Positions 52,593 to 64,000 of a DNA stretch of 64,000 bases are shown piece by piece. Origin of the DNA: Laetmonice hystrix (lineage: Eukaryota); contig OZ249436.1 in the NCBI GenBank assembly GCA_965235115.1, positions 46,006,001 through 46,070,000 of the forward strand, given 5' to 3'. Position 1 is the first letter of the stretch; each line of letters opens with the position of its first letter. The notes under the pieces were generated by a model. That model saw nothing but the letters and a program-made list of their open reading frames with translations, was not told the origin of the DNA and did no database searches. Both the position numbers and the translations under genes were made by a program.

Positions 52593-53335
52593 TGCACCTT
52601 TCTCAAAGTGATGGCTGGAACTCTTTAAGCTTTCAGGAGCGATAACACAGTCAACCTTGGACTTGCATGCATAATCCACCCTACGATAGTATATGATGGC
52701 CTATGATTTACCGCAGAAATAACGTATACTTCCTTAAATAATGTCACTTTTTGCTCGTGTCACAACTAAAAACACAGTCTGCATCCCAGGCACTACAGGT
52801 CAGTGTCTTTTTGAGACCCACTGGAGCCGATTTAGGATTTGTTCAAGAGAAGCAGTAACACTATAGTCCCAGCACAATGCGGGCCCGAATGTTTGGCCAG
52901 CGATCGAATCTCCCTCGTGATCAAACGAATTTCACAACAATTGTTTTATGAATGCCGACCGCGTTAATAAAGGCAGTAACGTCCACATCCCTATTTTGGT
53001 AATTGTTTCTTTATGAGTCTGTGTAACGCTGGTACCACGCGGAATCGATACCGCAATACAAACAGTCGTTCCTTGCATGCACAGCATCGGCTTTCAACAG
53101 GACATTTGTTTGGTGGTGACCACATGGGTTGGTATGGCAGAGACTAAAGTCTACAAAGAGCTCGGAGGCCTACACGGAGATCATTACTGCTGTCTGGAAG
53201 CCGTGTCTCAACAATAAAACATATTTTCTGGACAATATAGAGACATTATTATCAGCTTCAAGGATTGTTTTGATGCATTTTAATATTTAAATGCGAGGTT
53301 AAGTAATTGCTGATGTTTGACAAACTAAAGCTTAA

Positions 53336-53661
53336 AGTCCAACAAACATCAAAATTAACATGAAATTTAGTGCCAGATCTTGATGATACATTTAATTTAT
53401 TGTTGTTTAACTTAAAGGAGCGGTTATTGTACAAGAACATGAACTGTGTGCAAGCTGTTTTGAAGACCAATTCCCCTGATGACGTCATCAGGGGCAATGG
53501 TAAAGAATAGGCGGGAGTGAAACTGTGATGTGTCACGCGATTCGAATTTTCAATATTTTTCTAAATTGAGAGGATTTCTCAGAAAACCTATCAAGGACAC
53601 GTCTACAACTCAAAGTGATCTATCTAGATCAGTAAACTTACTATGTGATGTCAGTTGCACT
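53336..53661. mobile_element. TTAA-flanked non-autonomous DNA transposon, Kolobok-like
   Basis: ttaa|agtccaacaaacatca ... tgatgtcagttgcact|ttaa (13/16 TIR match). Confidence 0.62.
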
Positions 53662-53745
53662 TTAAATGATTTTTTTTTCTCAAAGGCCAAAAATCATTTC
53701 ATTGTAAGATGTAACTACCATCGACAAATGGGTTTTTATTCATGC

Positions 53746-56700
53746 GCTGGTACTGGGTGGGGTACTAGGTGGGGTGTGGGTGGCTGGGTACTGGGGGAGT
53801 ACTAGGTGGGGTATGGGTGGCTGGGTACTGGGGGAGTACTAGGTGGGGTATGGGTGGCTGGGTACTGGGGGAGTACTAGGTGGGGTATGGGTGGCTGGGT
53901 ACTGGGGGAGTACTAGGTGGGGTATGGGTGGCTGGGTACTGGGGGAGTACTAGGTGGGGTATGGGTGGCTGGGTACTGGGGGAGTACTAGGTGGGGTATG
54001 GGTGGCTGGGTACTGGGGGAGTACTAGGTGGGGTATGGGTGGCTGGGTACTGGGTGGGGTACTAGGTAGGGTATGGGTGGCTGGGTACTGGGTGGGGTAC
54101 TAGGTGGGGTATGGGTGGCTGGGTACTGGGGGAGTACTGGGTGGGGTATGGGTGGCTGGGTACTGGGTGGGGTACTAGGTGGGGTATGTGTGGCTGGGTA
54201 CTGGGGGAGTACTGGGTAGTACTGGGTGGGGTACTAGGTGGGGTATGGGTGGCTGGGTACTGGGGGAGTACTGGGTGGGGTATGGGTGGCTGGGTACTGG
54301 GTGGGGTACTAGGTGGGGTATGTGTGGCTGGGTACTGGGAGAGTACTGGGTAGTACTGGGTGGGGTACTAGATGGGGTATGGGTGGCTGGGTACTGGGTC
54401 AGTGGGTGGGGTACTAGGTGGGGTATGTGTGGCTGGGTACTGGGGGAGTACTGGGTAGTACTGGGTGGGGTACTAGGTGGGGTATGGGTGGCTGGGTACT
54501 GGGGGAGTACTGGGTGGGGTATGGGTGGCTGGGTACTGGGGGAGTACTGGGTGGGGTATGGGTGGCTGGGTACTAGGGGAGTACTGGGTGGGGTATGGGT
54601 GGCTGGGTACTGGGGGAGTACTGGGTGGGGTATGGGTGGCTGGGTACTGGGGGAGTACTAGGTGGGGTATGGGTGGCTGGGTACTGGGGGAGTACTAGGT
54701 GGGGTATGGGTGGCTGGGTACTGGGGGAGTACTAGGTGGGGTATGGGTGGCTGGGTACTGGGGGAGTACTGGGTGGGGTATGGGTGGCTGGGTACTGGGT
54801 GGGGTACTAGGTGGGGTATGTGTGGCTGGGTACTGGGAGAGTACTGGGTAGTACTGGGTGGGGTACTAGATGGGGTATGGGTGGCTGGGTACTGGGTCAG
54901 TGGGTGGGGTACTAGGTGGGGTATGTGTGGCTGGGTACTGGGGGAGTACTGGGTAGTACTGGGTGGGGTACTAGGTGGGGTATGGGTGGCTGGGTACTGG
55001 GGGAGTACTGGGTGGGGTATGGGTGGCTGGGTACTGGGGGAGTACTGGGTGGGGTATGGGTGGCTGGGTACTAGGGGAGTACTGGGTGGGGTATGGGTGG
55101 CTGGGTACTGGGGGAGTACTGGGTGGGGTATGGGTGGCTGGGTACTGGGTGGGGTACTAGGTAGGGTATGGGTGGCTGGGTACTGGGTGGGGTACTAGGT
55201 GGGGTATGGGTGGCTGGGTACTGGGGGAGTACTGGGTGGGGTATGGGTGGCTGGGTACTGGGTGGGGTACTAGGTGGGGTATGTGTGGCTGGGTACTGGG
55301 GGAGTACTGGGTAGTACTGGGTGGAGTACTAGGTGGGGTATGGGTGGCTGGGTACTGGGGGAGTACTGGGTGGGGTATGGGTGGCTGGGTACTGGGTGGG
55401 GTACTAGGTGGGGTATGTGTGGCTGGGTACTGGGAGAGTACTGGGTAGTACTGGGTGGGGTACTAGATGGGGTATGGGTGGCTGGGTACTGGGTCAGTGG
55501 GTGGGGTACTAGGTGGGGTATGTGTGGCTGGGTACTGGGGGAGTACTGGGTAGTACTGGGTGGGGTACTAGGTGGGGTATGGGTGGCTGGGTACTGGGGG
55601 AGTACTGGGTGGGGTATGGGTGGCTGGGTACTGGGGGAGTACTGGGTGGGGTATGGGTGGCTGGGTACTAGGGGAGTACTGGGTGGGGTATGGGTGGCTG
55701 GGTACTGGGGGAGTACTGGGTGGGGTATGGGTGGCTGGGTACTGGGGGAGTACTGGGTGGGGTATGGGTGGCTGGGTACTGGGGGAGTACTGGGTGGCTG
55801 GGTAAAGGGGGAGTACTGGGTGGGGTAATGGTGGCTGGGTACTGGGGGAGTACTGGGTGGCTGGGTAAAGGGGGAGTACTGGGTGGGGTAATGGTGGCTG
55901 GGTACTGGGGGAGTACTGGGTGGGGTATGGGTGGCTGGGTACTGGGGGAGTACTGGGTGGCTGGGTACGGGGGGAGTACTGGGTGGGGTCTGGGTGGCTG
56001 GGTACTGGGGGAGTACTGGGTGGGGTATGGGTGGCTGGGTACTGGGGGAGTACTGGGTGGGGTCTGGGTGGCTGGGTACAGGGGGAGTACTGGGTGGGGT
56101 ATGGGTGGCTGGGTACTGGGGGAGTACTGGGTGGGGTATGGGTGGCTGGGTACTAGGGGAGTACTGGGTGGGGTATGTGTGACTGGGTACTGGGAGAGTA
56201 CTGGGTGGGGTATGTGTGACTGGGTACAGGGGGAGTACTGGGTGGGGTATGGGTGGCTGGGTACTGGGGGAGTACTGGGTGGGGTATGGGTGGCTGGGTA
56301 CTAGGGGAGTACTGGGTGGCTGGGTACTGGGGGAGTGCTGGGTGGCTGGGTACAGGGGGAGTACTGGGTGGGGTAATGGTGGCTGGGTACTGGGGGAGTA
56401 CTGGGTGGGGTATGGGTGGCTGGGTACTGGGAGAGTACTGGGTGGGGTATGTGTGACTGGGTACAGGGGGAGTACTGGGTGGGGTATGGGTGGCTGGGTA
56501 CTGGGGGAGTACTGGGTGGGGTATGGGTGGCTGGGTACTAGGGGAGTACTGGGTGGGGTATGGGTGGCTGGGTACTCGGGGAGTACTGGGTGGGGTATGG
56601 GTGGCTGGGTACTGGGGGAGTACTGGGTGGGGTATGGGTGGCTGGGTACTAGGGGAGTACTGGGTGGGGTATGGGTGGCTGGGTACTGGGGGAGTACTGG

Positions 56701-57294
56701 GTGGGGTATGGGTGGCTGGGTACAGGGGGAGTACTGGGTGGGGTATGGGTGGCTGGGTACTAGGGGAGTACTGGGTGGGGTATGGGTGGCTGGGTACTCG
56801 GGGAGTACTGGGTGGGGTATGGGTGGCTGGGTACTGGGGGAGTACTGGGTGGCTGGGTACAGGGGGAGTACTGGGTGGGGTATGGGTGGCTGGGTACTGG
56901 GGGAGTACTGGGTGGGGTATGGGTGGCTGGGTACTGGGGGAGTACTGGGTGGGGTATGGGTGGCTGGGTACTGGGAGAGTACTGGGTGGGGTATGTGTGA
57001 CTGGGTACAGGGGGAGTACTGGGTGGGGTATGGGTGGCTGGGTACTGGGGGAGTACTGGGTGGGGTATGGGTGGCTGGGTACTGGGGGAGTACTGGGTGG
57101 GGTATGGGTGGCTGGGTACTGGGGGAGTACTGGGTGGGGTATGGGTGGCTGGGTACTGGGGGAGTACTGGGTGGGGTATGGGTGGCTGGGTACTGGGGGA
57201 GTACTGGGTGGGGTATGGGTGGCTGGGTACTGGGGGAGTACTGGGTGGGGTATGGGTGGCTGGGTACTGGGGGAGTACTGGGTGGGGTATGGGT
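53746..57294. repeat. 3.5-kb G-rich satellite, ~37-bp unit, with higher-order structure
   Basis: Unit gggtactgggggagtactgggtggggtatgggtggct. The variant marker gggtcagtggg recurs at ~54396, ~54894 and ~55491. Confidence 0.98.
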
Positions 57295-57822
57295 TGCACC
57301 TTTTAACCCCCCCCCCGACCAATCCTGACCACGCCCCAGGTATCCACGGGTGTTACAGAATGACCCCTGACCTTAACCCCTCGGGAGATCCATGTTGATT
57401 TAACCTTTATGAGACCCTGTACAGCAGGGACGCCCTCTGGTGGCCGACCGACGAGACCCATAACTGTTGCTCACAGCTTGATGAGCTCATCGTGGCTATT
57501 TGAGGACCATTTCCACCGGGTCGTTCAGGATCGTCCTCGACTGGCCAATCTACGCCGGGCACGACACCGTCAACGAGTAACTGCCCTTCTCTTCATGTTA
57601 GAGCATGTTTCAATTTGCACCAATCGCCTGGACAGTTGTCGACATGAGCACGCGAGGCTGCGTTCTCTCTGACACGTCCAATTCTCCACAATATCAAGTG
57701 TCGCCTTCCTTAACCAAAGTTAACTTAACGCGAGAAATTATAAGTCTTCTTGTATCATTTTTGATCTGTCGGTTATAGATTTATATCAAATCAGATTTAT
57801 TTTCACTTCAATACTTACTTAA

Positions 57823-58392
57823 AGGGAAATGTGAGTGTTGAAAGCGCCACCTAGTGAGTCGCGTTGGTACCACGGGGGAAATGTGAGTATTCAAAGCGCC
57901 GCATAGTGAGCTTTATCAGAAAAATGACTGGCTCATTTATGCAGTCAACAAGTTTGATGTGGAAATCAGTAGTATTTTTTAAATCATGAACCAAACTGTG
58001 TGCCAGAACCTGTCTACTCCATTGAATGCTATAGTCAAACCCGTGTTTAACCAAGGCACTGACTGTTTGGCAGGCTGTAACTTTTTTTTGATTCGGTGAC
58101 CCCCAATTTATTTTGTTTTAAACTATTAGTCCTGATCCACTTTATCTTGTGACCGAGTTTCAGGAGAAAATTGGTGGTCATTTTCTAACTATTAGTCAAA
58201 ATGCCTGAAAAATCCTGTTTTTCCCATTGAAACCTATAGTAAAGACCCATTTTTTACGGAGACCTGTATAAAAAAAATTAATTCGGTGACATATGATTTT
58301 TTTTTGTTTCTTTGTACTCCTAAGGACAAAGGCTATCCCCCATAAAATATTTCGAAAATTCTAGTGGTCGATTTGAACACTCACATTTCCCT
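57823..58392. mobile_element. TTAA-flanked non-autonomous DNA transposon, Kolobok-like
   Basis: TIR agggaaatgtgagtgtt(g/c)aaa / tttgaacactcacatttccct, TTAA on both sides. The left TIR is duplicated internally at ~57874-57910. Confidence 0.82.
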
Positions 58393-59041
58393 TTAAACTC
58401 TCGCCATCCAGTCCTGAGTCCGAATTACTAATGACATCACAAATCGCTATGAACTTAACGCTATACCACTTAGCGTTATCCTCGTTAACCGATTAACGAA
58501 AGACTCAATAAACTGTGACAGTGAACTGTGGCAGTCCTCGTTAACTGGTTAACGAATAACTAGTAAACTGACAGTCCTCGTTAACCGGTTACCGAGGATA
58601 CGGTGTCTGTGACCTTGATCTTCCTATACAGTTATCTTCACCCAGGACGTCTCGGCTGTGGAAACATGAGCTGGTAGCGGTGGTTCTATACGCTAAGAGC
58701 TGACAGTAAATTCTTCCCTGTGACAGTAATGATCATCTAGTCTTGCACCGACACATCGTTATACGCTACAAAACCTAGCATTCATGTCCCTTAACTGATG
58801 ACAAAAAGTCCAACTTGTAAATACCAGACACATGCTGGAACGTTCGCAATCCTTAATCTCGCCACACCGAGAGGTTCACCGGAATAGTCAGATTTTCTAG
58901 GATTACGTGGAAAGTTCTTGGTCCAAATAAAGTTATGCTGATAAATGTGATTTAGTAACGGTGATTATATTTGCTGAACCATTAAATGAACTCAGCTTGG
59001 TGTAAAAAGCATTTACTGATAGGCTGGTATGTTATTTATGC

Positions 59042-59305
59042 CAGTAGCGGATCCAGGATTTTATGAAAGGGGGGCCATCTATTGGTGGATAAATGGTAGC
59101 CCATTTTTCGGGAGGTCTGGGGCCCTCCCCCCAGAATTTTTTTCAGAAACATCGGGGATGTGTTTTCTGAACATAGAGTGGAAATATCTCCGAAATATTT
59201 CTACGAAATTCCAATATTGTTATGCATGAAAAATTTAAAAAATAGGCAAGAGTTTGAAAAATAGGGGGGCCGGCCGGGTACTCCCCTCCCCCGAATCCGC
59301 CACTA
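59042..59305. mobile_element. Degenerate CAG-ended MITE related to 18352-18604
   Basis: cagtagcggatccagg ... cccccgaatccgccacta. No TSD recognisable. Confidence 0.55.
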
Positions 59306-60192
59306 GAAAGAAAAGGGAATGATCCACCGATCATACGTGTCAGACATGAATGTATATTTCCCCCCCCCCCCCTCCCCGTATACGTCCAGAGGAGCGTTGA
59401 CACTGCCAATACTGTTGGGATGGTTACCTTCTGTATAATGGATGTACTGTGTCCCTTATAGTATCGAGTTACGGCGAAAGAGGAACATGTTGACATTGGG
59501 TGCACTTCCGGCTTTACCTGGCTATAGAACTCTCCTCTGTCTGGGTAATATTCGAGAGTATCAAAGAGCCCCCCACCCCGGAGTTTATATTGGCAATCTT
59601 TAATGTCAGTGTGGCGCTGCTTGCATACTTCTAACGACTACTCATTGTTAGGTTAACGATTTTTGTTAACGACCAGGTTAACGATTTTTGTTAAACGCAC
59701 GCCCCGGCAGGATGTTGATAGCAGGTGAAAAGTTGGAACAGGTAAATTCACCAACCCCTTCTTAAAATGAAAGTCAACACGGCATGCTAAACATCCATTG
59801 CACCAAATAGTGTTTAGATTTGCACCAACCCAGAGCCTTAACGTCTAGATTTGCACCAACCCAGAGCATTAACGTCTAGATTGGTACAAGTCTGGGTCAG
59901 AATAAACTAAAAATGTTCGCACCGTCGTCCCAGCCAACCGTCCTTGTGGCTGGCCTAGTCGGAAGTAATTAGGCGTCCACACACGTCGCCATGTCTCCCC
60001 CTGCCAGACCTTTCTCTGCCAAGTTCTTTTCTGTTCATTATTCACACAGAGAGTCGAAATCCACGGTCAATAAAGCAACTGATCTACCGAGACACAGCAG
60101 CGAGTAGAAGAGAAACATTAAATCATTGAGGCCCAATATGAATCCCTTGGTGGGATGTGTGAGCCCGGTAAGGGAGCGATAAACTACTAGTA

Positions 60193-61303
60193 ACGACTTC
60201 ACCGACTCCACAGTGTATCGTGACGCAATCTGGCGATCAGTAGGTAACAGACGACTTCACCAACTCCACAGTGTATCGTGACCTAATCTGGCGATCAGTA
60301 GGCAACAGACGACTTCACCAACTCCACAGTGTATCGTGACGCAATCTGGCGATCAGTAGGCAACAGACGACTTCACCAACTCCACAGTGTATCGTGACGC
60401 AATCTGGCGATCAGTAGGCAACAGACGACTTCACCAACTCCACAGTGTATCGTGACGCAATCTGGCGATCAGTAGGCAACAGACGACTTCACCAACTCCA
60501 CAGTGTATCGTGACGCAATCTGGCGATCAGTAGGCAACAGACGACTTCACCAACTCCACAGTGTATCGTGACCTAATCTGGCGATCAGTAGGCAACAGAC
60601 GACTTCACCAACTCCACAGTGTATCGTGACCTAATCTGGCGATCAGTAGGTAACAGACGACTTCACCGACTCCACAGTGTATCGTGACGCAATCTGGCGA
60701 TCAGTAGGCAACAGACGACTTCACCAACTCCACAGTGTATCGTGACGAATCTGGCGATCAGTAGGCAACAGACGACTTCACCAACTCCACAGTGTATCGT
60801 GACGCAATCTGGCGATCAGTAGGCAACAGACGACTTCACCCACTCCACAGTGTATCGTGACCTAATCTGGCGATCAGTAGGCAACAGACGACTTCACCAA
60901 CTCCACAGTGTATCGTGACGCAATCTGGCGATCAGTAGGCAACAGACGACTTCACCAACTCCACAGTGTATCGTGACGCAATCTGGCGATCAGTAGGCAA
61001 CAGACGACTTCACCCACTCCACAGTGTATCGTGACGCAATCTGGCGATCAGTAGGCAACAGACGACTTCACCAACTCCACAGTGTATCGTGACCTAATCT
61101 GGCGATCAGTAGGTAACAGACGACTTCACCAACTCCACAGTGTATCGTGACCTTATCTGGCGATCAGTAGGCAACAGACGACTTCACCAACTCCACAGTG
61201 TATCGTGACGCAATCTGGCGATCAGTAGGCAACAGACGACTTCACCAACTCCACAGTGTATCGTGACGCAATCTGGCGATCAGTAGGCAACAGACGACTT
61301 CAC
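60193..61303. repeat. 58-bp minisatellite, about 19 copies
   Basis: Unit acgacttcaccaactccacagtgtatcgtgacgcaatctggcgatcagtaggcaacag. Confidence 0.97.
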
Positions 61304-61953
61304 TAACACTAGTCGACAGTATTGTGCTGTTCATACATGGTCAAGCTTGTCTCTTGACATGCAGGTCATGACTTTGACGGATGATATGGCAAGGGACGGC
61401 TAGAAAGGCAATCAAGACATCAGGAATGGGTTTGCTTCCAAGTTACTCGTTGTGAGCACGGCTACCCCTAAATTTACGGTATAATACTTCAAAAACATTT
61501 TTCGCAATGAAACACGGCGTAAATCCACCATCAGTCACTCAGGGCAATGTGCCGTAAAAAGTATGTGTTGCTCGATCTAGGAAAACATGGAGTCCCTCTC
61601 ATCTCGGAATTAAGATGTGTGCAAAGGGCAGCGTCCATTGCCCTGCTCGACCATCAAAGCTTCCATATCATGGAAGTGGCGGTGGCCGAGTAGGAATAGG
61701 CTGTTGATAACGTATGCTACGTGAATGGGTGCAGTAATCTTGGGGCTGGGGTTGATACCAATATGGGGATAAGACAATTTCTTTTTCTTTCCTGACATTC
61801 TGAAAGTGAGCTGGGTTACGCCTGTGCACAGTGGAGATCGAGTCTTTCTGTCTCACCTAAAAAATAGCAGTCACTTTAAAAGTGTATATTTTAGGGGTGC
61901 ACTATTCCTGCATAATGGAATGAGGCATTTCCAAAGTATCCATTCTTAGTTAA

Positions 61954-62829
61954 AGGAGAAGTCCAGTCAAAAATCACATTTGGACAGCTGCAAGGCCTCT
62001 ATATACACTCACCTTTCAGAGTAGTGGTTGGAAATAAATGTCCCCCCCCCCATTCCAAGAAGCCATATGTTGAACATGACAACCGTGTCAAAATCACTGG
62101 CTTCAGCGGCGCAGCCATAATTTTGTTGCTATTGGGCTGGCCGGAAGTGACGTTTCGGGGCTAATCTATTGCATGCCGGGGCTAGGCTAGACTAGACTAA
62201 AGTAAAGGCAGCCGAGGCGGGTCGGCAAAATCAACGGGGGTCAGTCCCACAGTCACAGTCACAACTAAAACAGGTCTGTGCTGAACTGACCACAGGAGTC
62301 TGACACTGCCAGCACCCGCCCGCGGTCGGAGCCACGGGCAGGGCCCGGCCCAGTGGCCCTGCGGGCTCCGTCAACATCACCTCCGAGCGGGACGAATTGA
62401 ATGCCGGCGGCCGAAACCCACGGCTGGAGCTTGCCCAGATCCGTGTCCACCCTGATATATCCCCTGACATCGGTAGGCTTAATTCCTAGCCATTCCTCAT
62501 CACTATGGTCGATGGTTTCCGTCTGTGTTCTAACAAATTTTGCTTATATAAATAAGCTGTCAACGTTCGCTCAACGCAACAGGTGCGTCAGTTTTTCGTT
62601 CCTCCCAAACTGGAGAGCAGTGGTTAGAGCATGCGCAATGTGAGATTAGCCCAAGGAGCAGACAGCTATGGCCGCCATCACCAGCGGAGCAGGTTCTAAG
62701 CAGGCTCCGGCACTAAAGTGCTTATATCCTAACTATTTGAGCACCAATTGTGTTCAAATCTTTTTTAAATTGCTTAGAATATCACGGCATGTGTGCCTTG
62801 CCTGTACACACTGGCGGTAGACGTTTCTT
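61954..62829 (+). mobile_element. ~870-bp TTAA-flanked interspersed element (Kolobok-like), copy 2, inverted relative to copy 1
   Basis: ttaa|aggagaagtccagtcaaaaatcacatttggacagctgcaaggcctct... is the reverse complement of the 33474 end. Similarity continues to ...cctgtacacactggcggt. Confidence 0.8.
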
Positions 62830-63227
62830 TTAACATATGATTTGCAAACCCATGCAAATCTCGTCACATTCTAATTATTTTGTTGACAAGACTGTCGAAG
62901 CAAAAGGATTTCTTTGATATCGATGCCTAATAGGTTTAAATGGGCGGCTTCGACATATGACGTGAATGAAAGGTCATGTGACCAATGTTCAGCCAATGAC
63001 CAAAACTCTTGACCAATCAGTAGGCTCGAGACATGTGGATGTTGATAGATCATGGTACTATGGCATCGTTTAAATGTCCACCAGTGTTCTAACGTACATA
63101 TTATATCTCTAAGGGAAGGTTCTCGCCTGATATGCATGCTCGAGCATATATCAGAGTATAAATTGCTCGAGCCGTCCCTCCGAGATGCACTATCTACGAA
63201 TCAGTAGTCTTCCTGGTCTGTAACCCG

Positions 63228-63602
63228 AACAGTGCCACTGTCCGATAAGGTACAGTGCCACTGTCCGGTAAGGTACAGTGCCACTGTCCGACAAGGTACA
63301 GTGCCACTGTCCGATAAGGCACAGTGCCACTGTCCGATAAGGCACAGTGCCACTGTCCGATAAGGAACAGTGCCACTGTCCGGTAAGGTACAGTGCCACT
63401 GTCCGGTAAGGTACAGTGCCACTGTCCGGTAAGGTACAGTGCCACTGTCCGGTAAGGTACAGTGCCACTGTCCGATAAGGTACAGTGCCACTGTCCGATA
63501 AGGTACAGTGCCACTGTCCGGTAAGGTACAGTGCCACTGTCCGATAAGGTACAGTGCCACTGTCCGATAAGGTACAGTGCCACTGTCCGATAAGGAACAG
63601 TG
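63228..63602. repeat. 23-bp minisatellite, about 16 copies, with palindromic core
   Basis: Unit acagtgccactgtccg(a/g)taaggt, core acagtg-c-cactgt. Confidence 0.97.
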
Positions 63603-64000
63603 GACGGAGCGATAAATCAAGATGTTCAAGATCTGTCGTTCTCAAAATATGGGTTCATCCGGTATACTGGAGAACTGACTGAACTGCTGTGCCAGTACAG
63701 TCCCCCACCCCCACGGAGCTGTGCAGTTTGCGTCATATACCTCTATCGGCTCTATCAACAAAGGCTAATTAAGGCTATTATCTTTGTGTGCATGGTAGAT
63801 GTAGGTTGGCAGATCGAATATGTTTATATGTGCATGCAGGTCAGCTATCATTGTAGGCGATGAAATAAATAATTATTGTTTCGGGTGCATCAGTCACGCG
63901 CATCATTGCAGAACAAAGTTGATCTGTAATTTCCAAAGGCAGCATCATTCCTCCTCCTTTTTACGTCTTTCATTTCCCTGTGTTCAGTCACTAATGAGAT

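Noticed and set aside
54111..57398. Gly/Trp-rich and Pro-rich ORFs (up to 389 aa)
   Set aside because: They arise from the 37-bp G-rich satellite, are open in multiple frames on both strands, and the unit is not a multiple of 3.
371..63602. Tandem arrays as CRISPR arrays
   Set aside because: Units are head-to-tail with no unique spacers, no cas genes are present, and the context is a spliced eukaryotic gene.

Overview
Eukaryotic (animal, most likely lophotrochozoan) genomic DNA, not prokaryotic. The one supportable gene is a minus-strand nicotinic acetylcholine receptor (Cys-loop) alpha-type subunit. Five internal exons were located with GT/AG boundaries and consistent phases: 35700-35892, 13413-13522, 8559-9019, 5079-5165 and 1126-1244. 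They encode the ligand-binding domain through TM3. The signal-peptide exon was not found, and the cytoplasmic loop and TM4 lie beyond base 1. The pore is atypical: a P-D-R motif at -2'/-1'/0', Ser at 9' and Gln at 20', resembling the mollusc/annelid/flatworm anion-selective nAChR clade. About a quarter of the window consists of roughly 20 mutually unrelated minisatellite arrays. One array amplifies the real TM3 exon end and splice donor into 12 copies, and a smaller duplication copies the TM2 splice acceptor. The rest holds many non-autonomous DNA transposons (TTAA Kolobok-like, TTA Harbinger-like, CTG-TSD PHIS-like, CAG-ended with 5-bp TSD, Tc1-like) and a 3.5-kb G-rich satellite. Almost all ORFs in the supplied track are artefacts of repeats.
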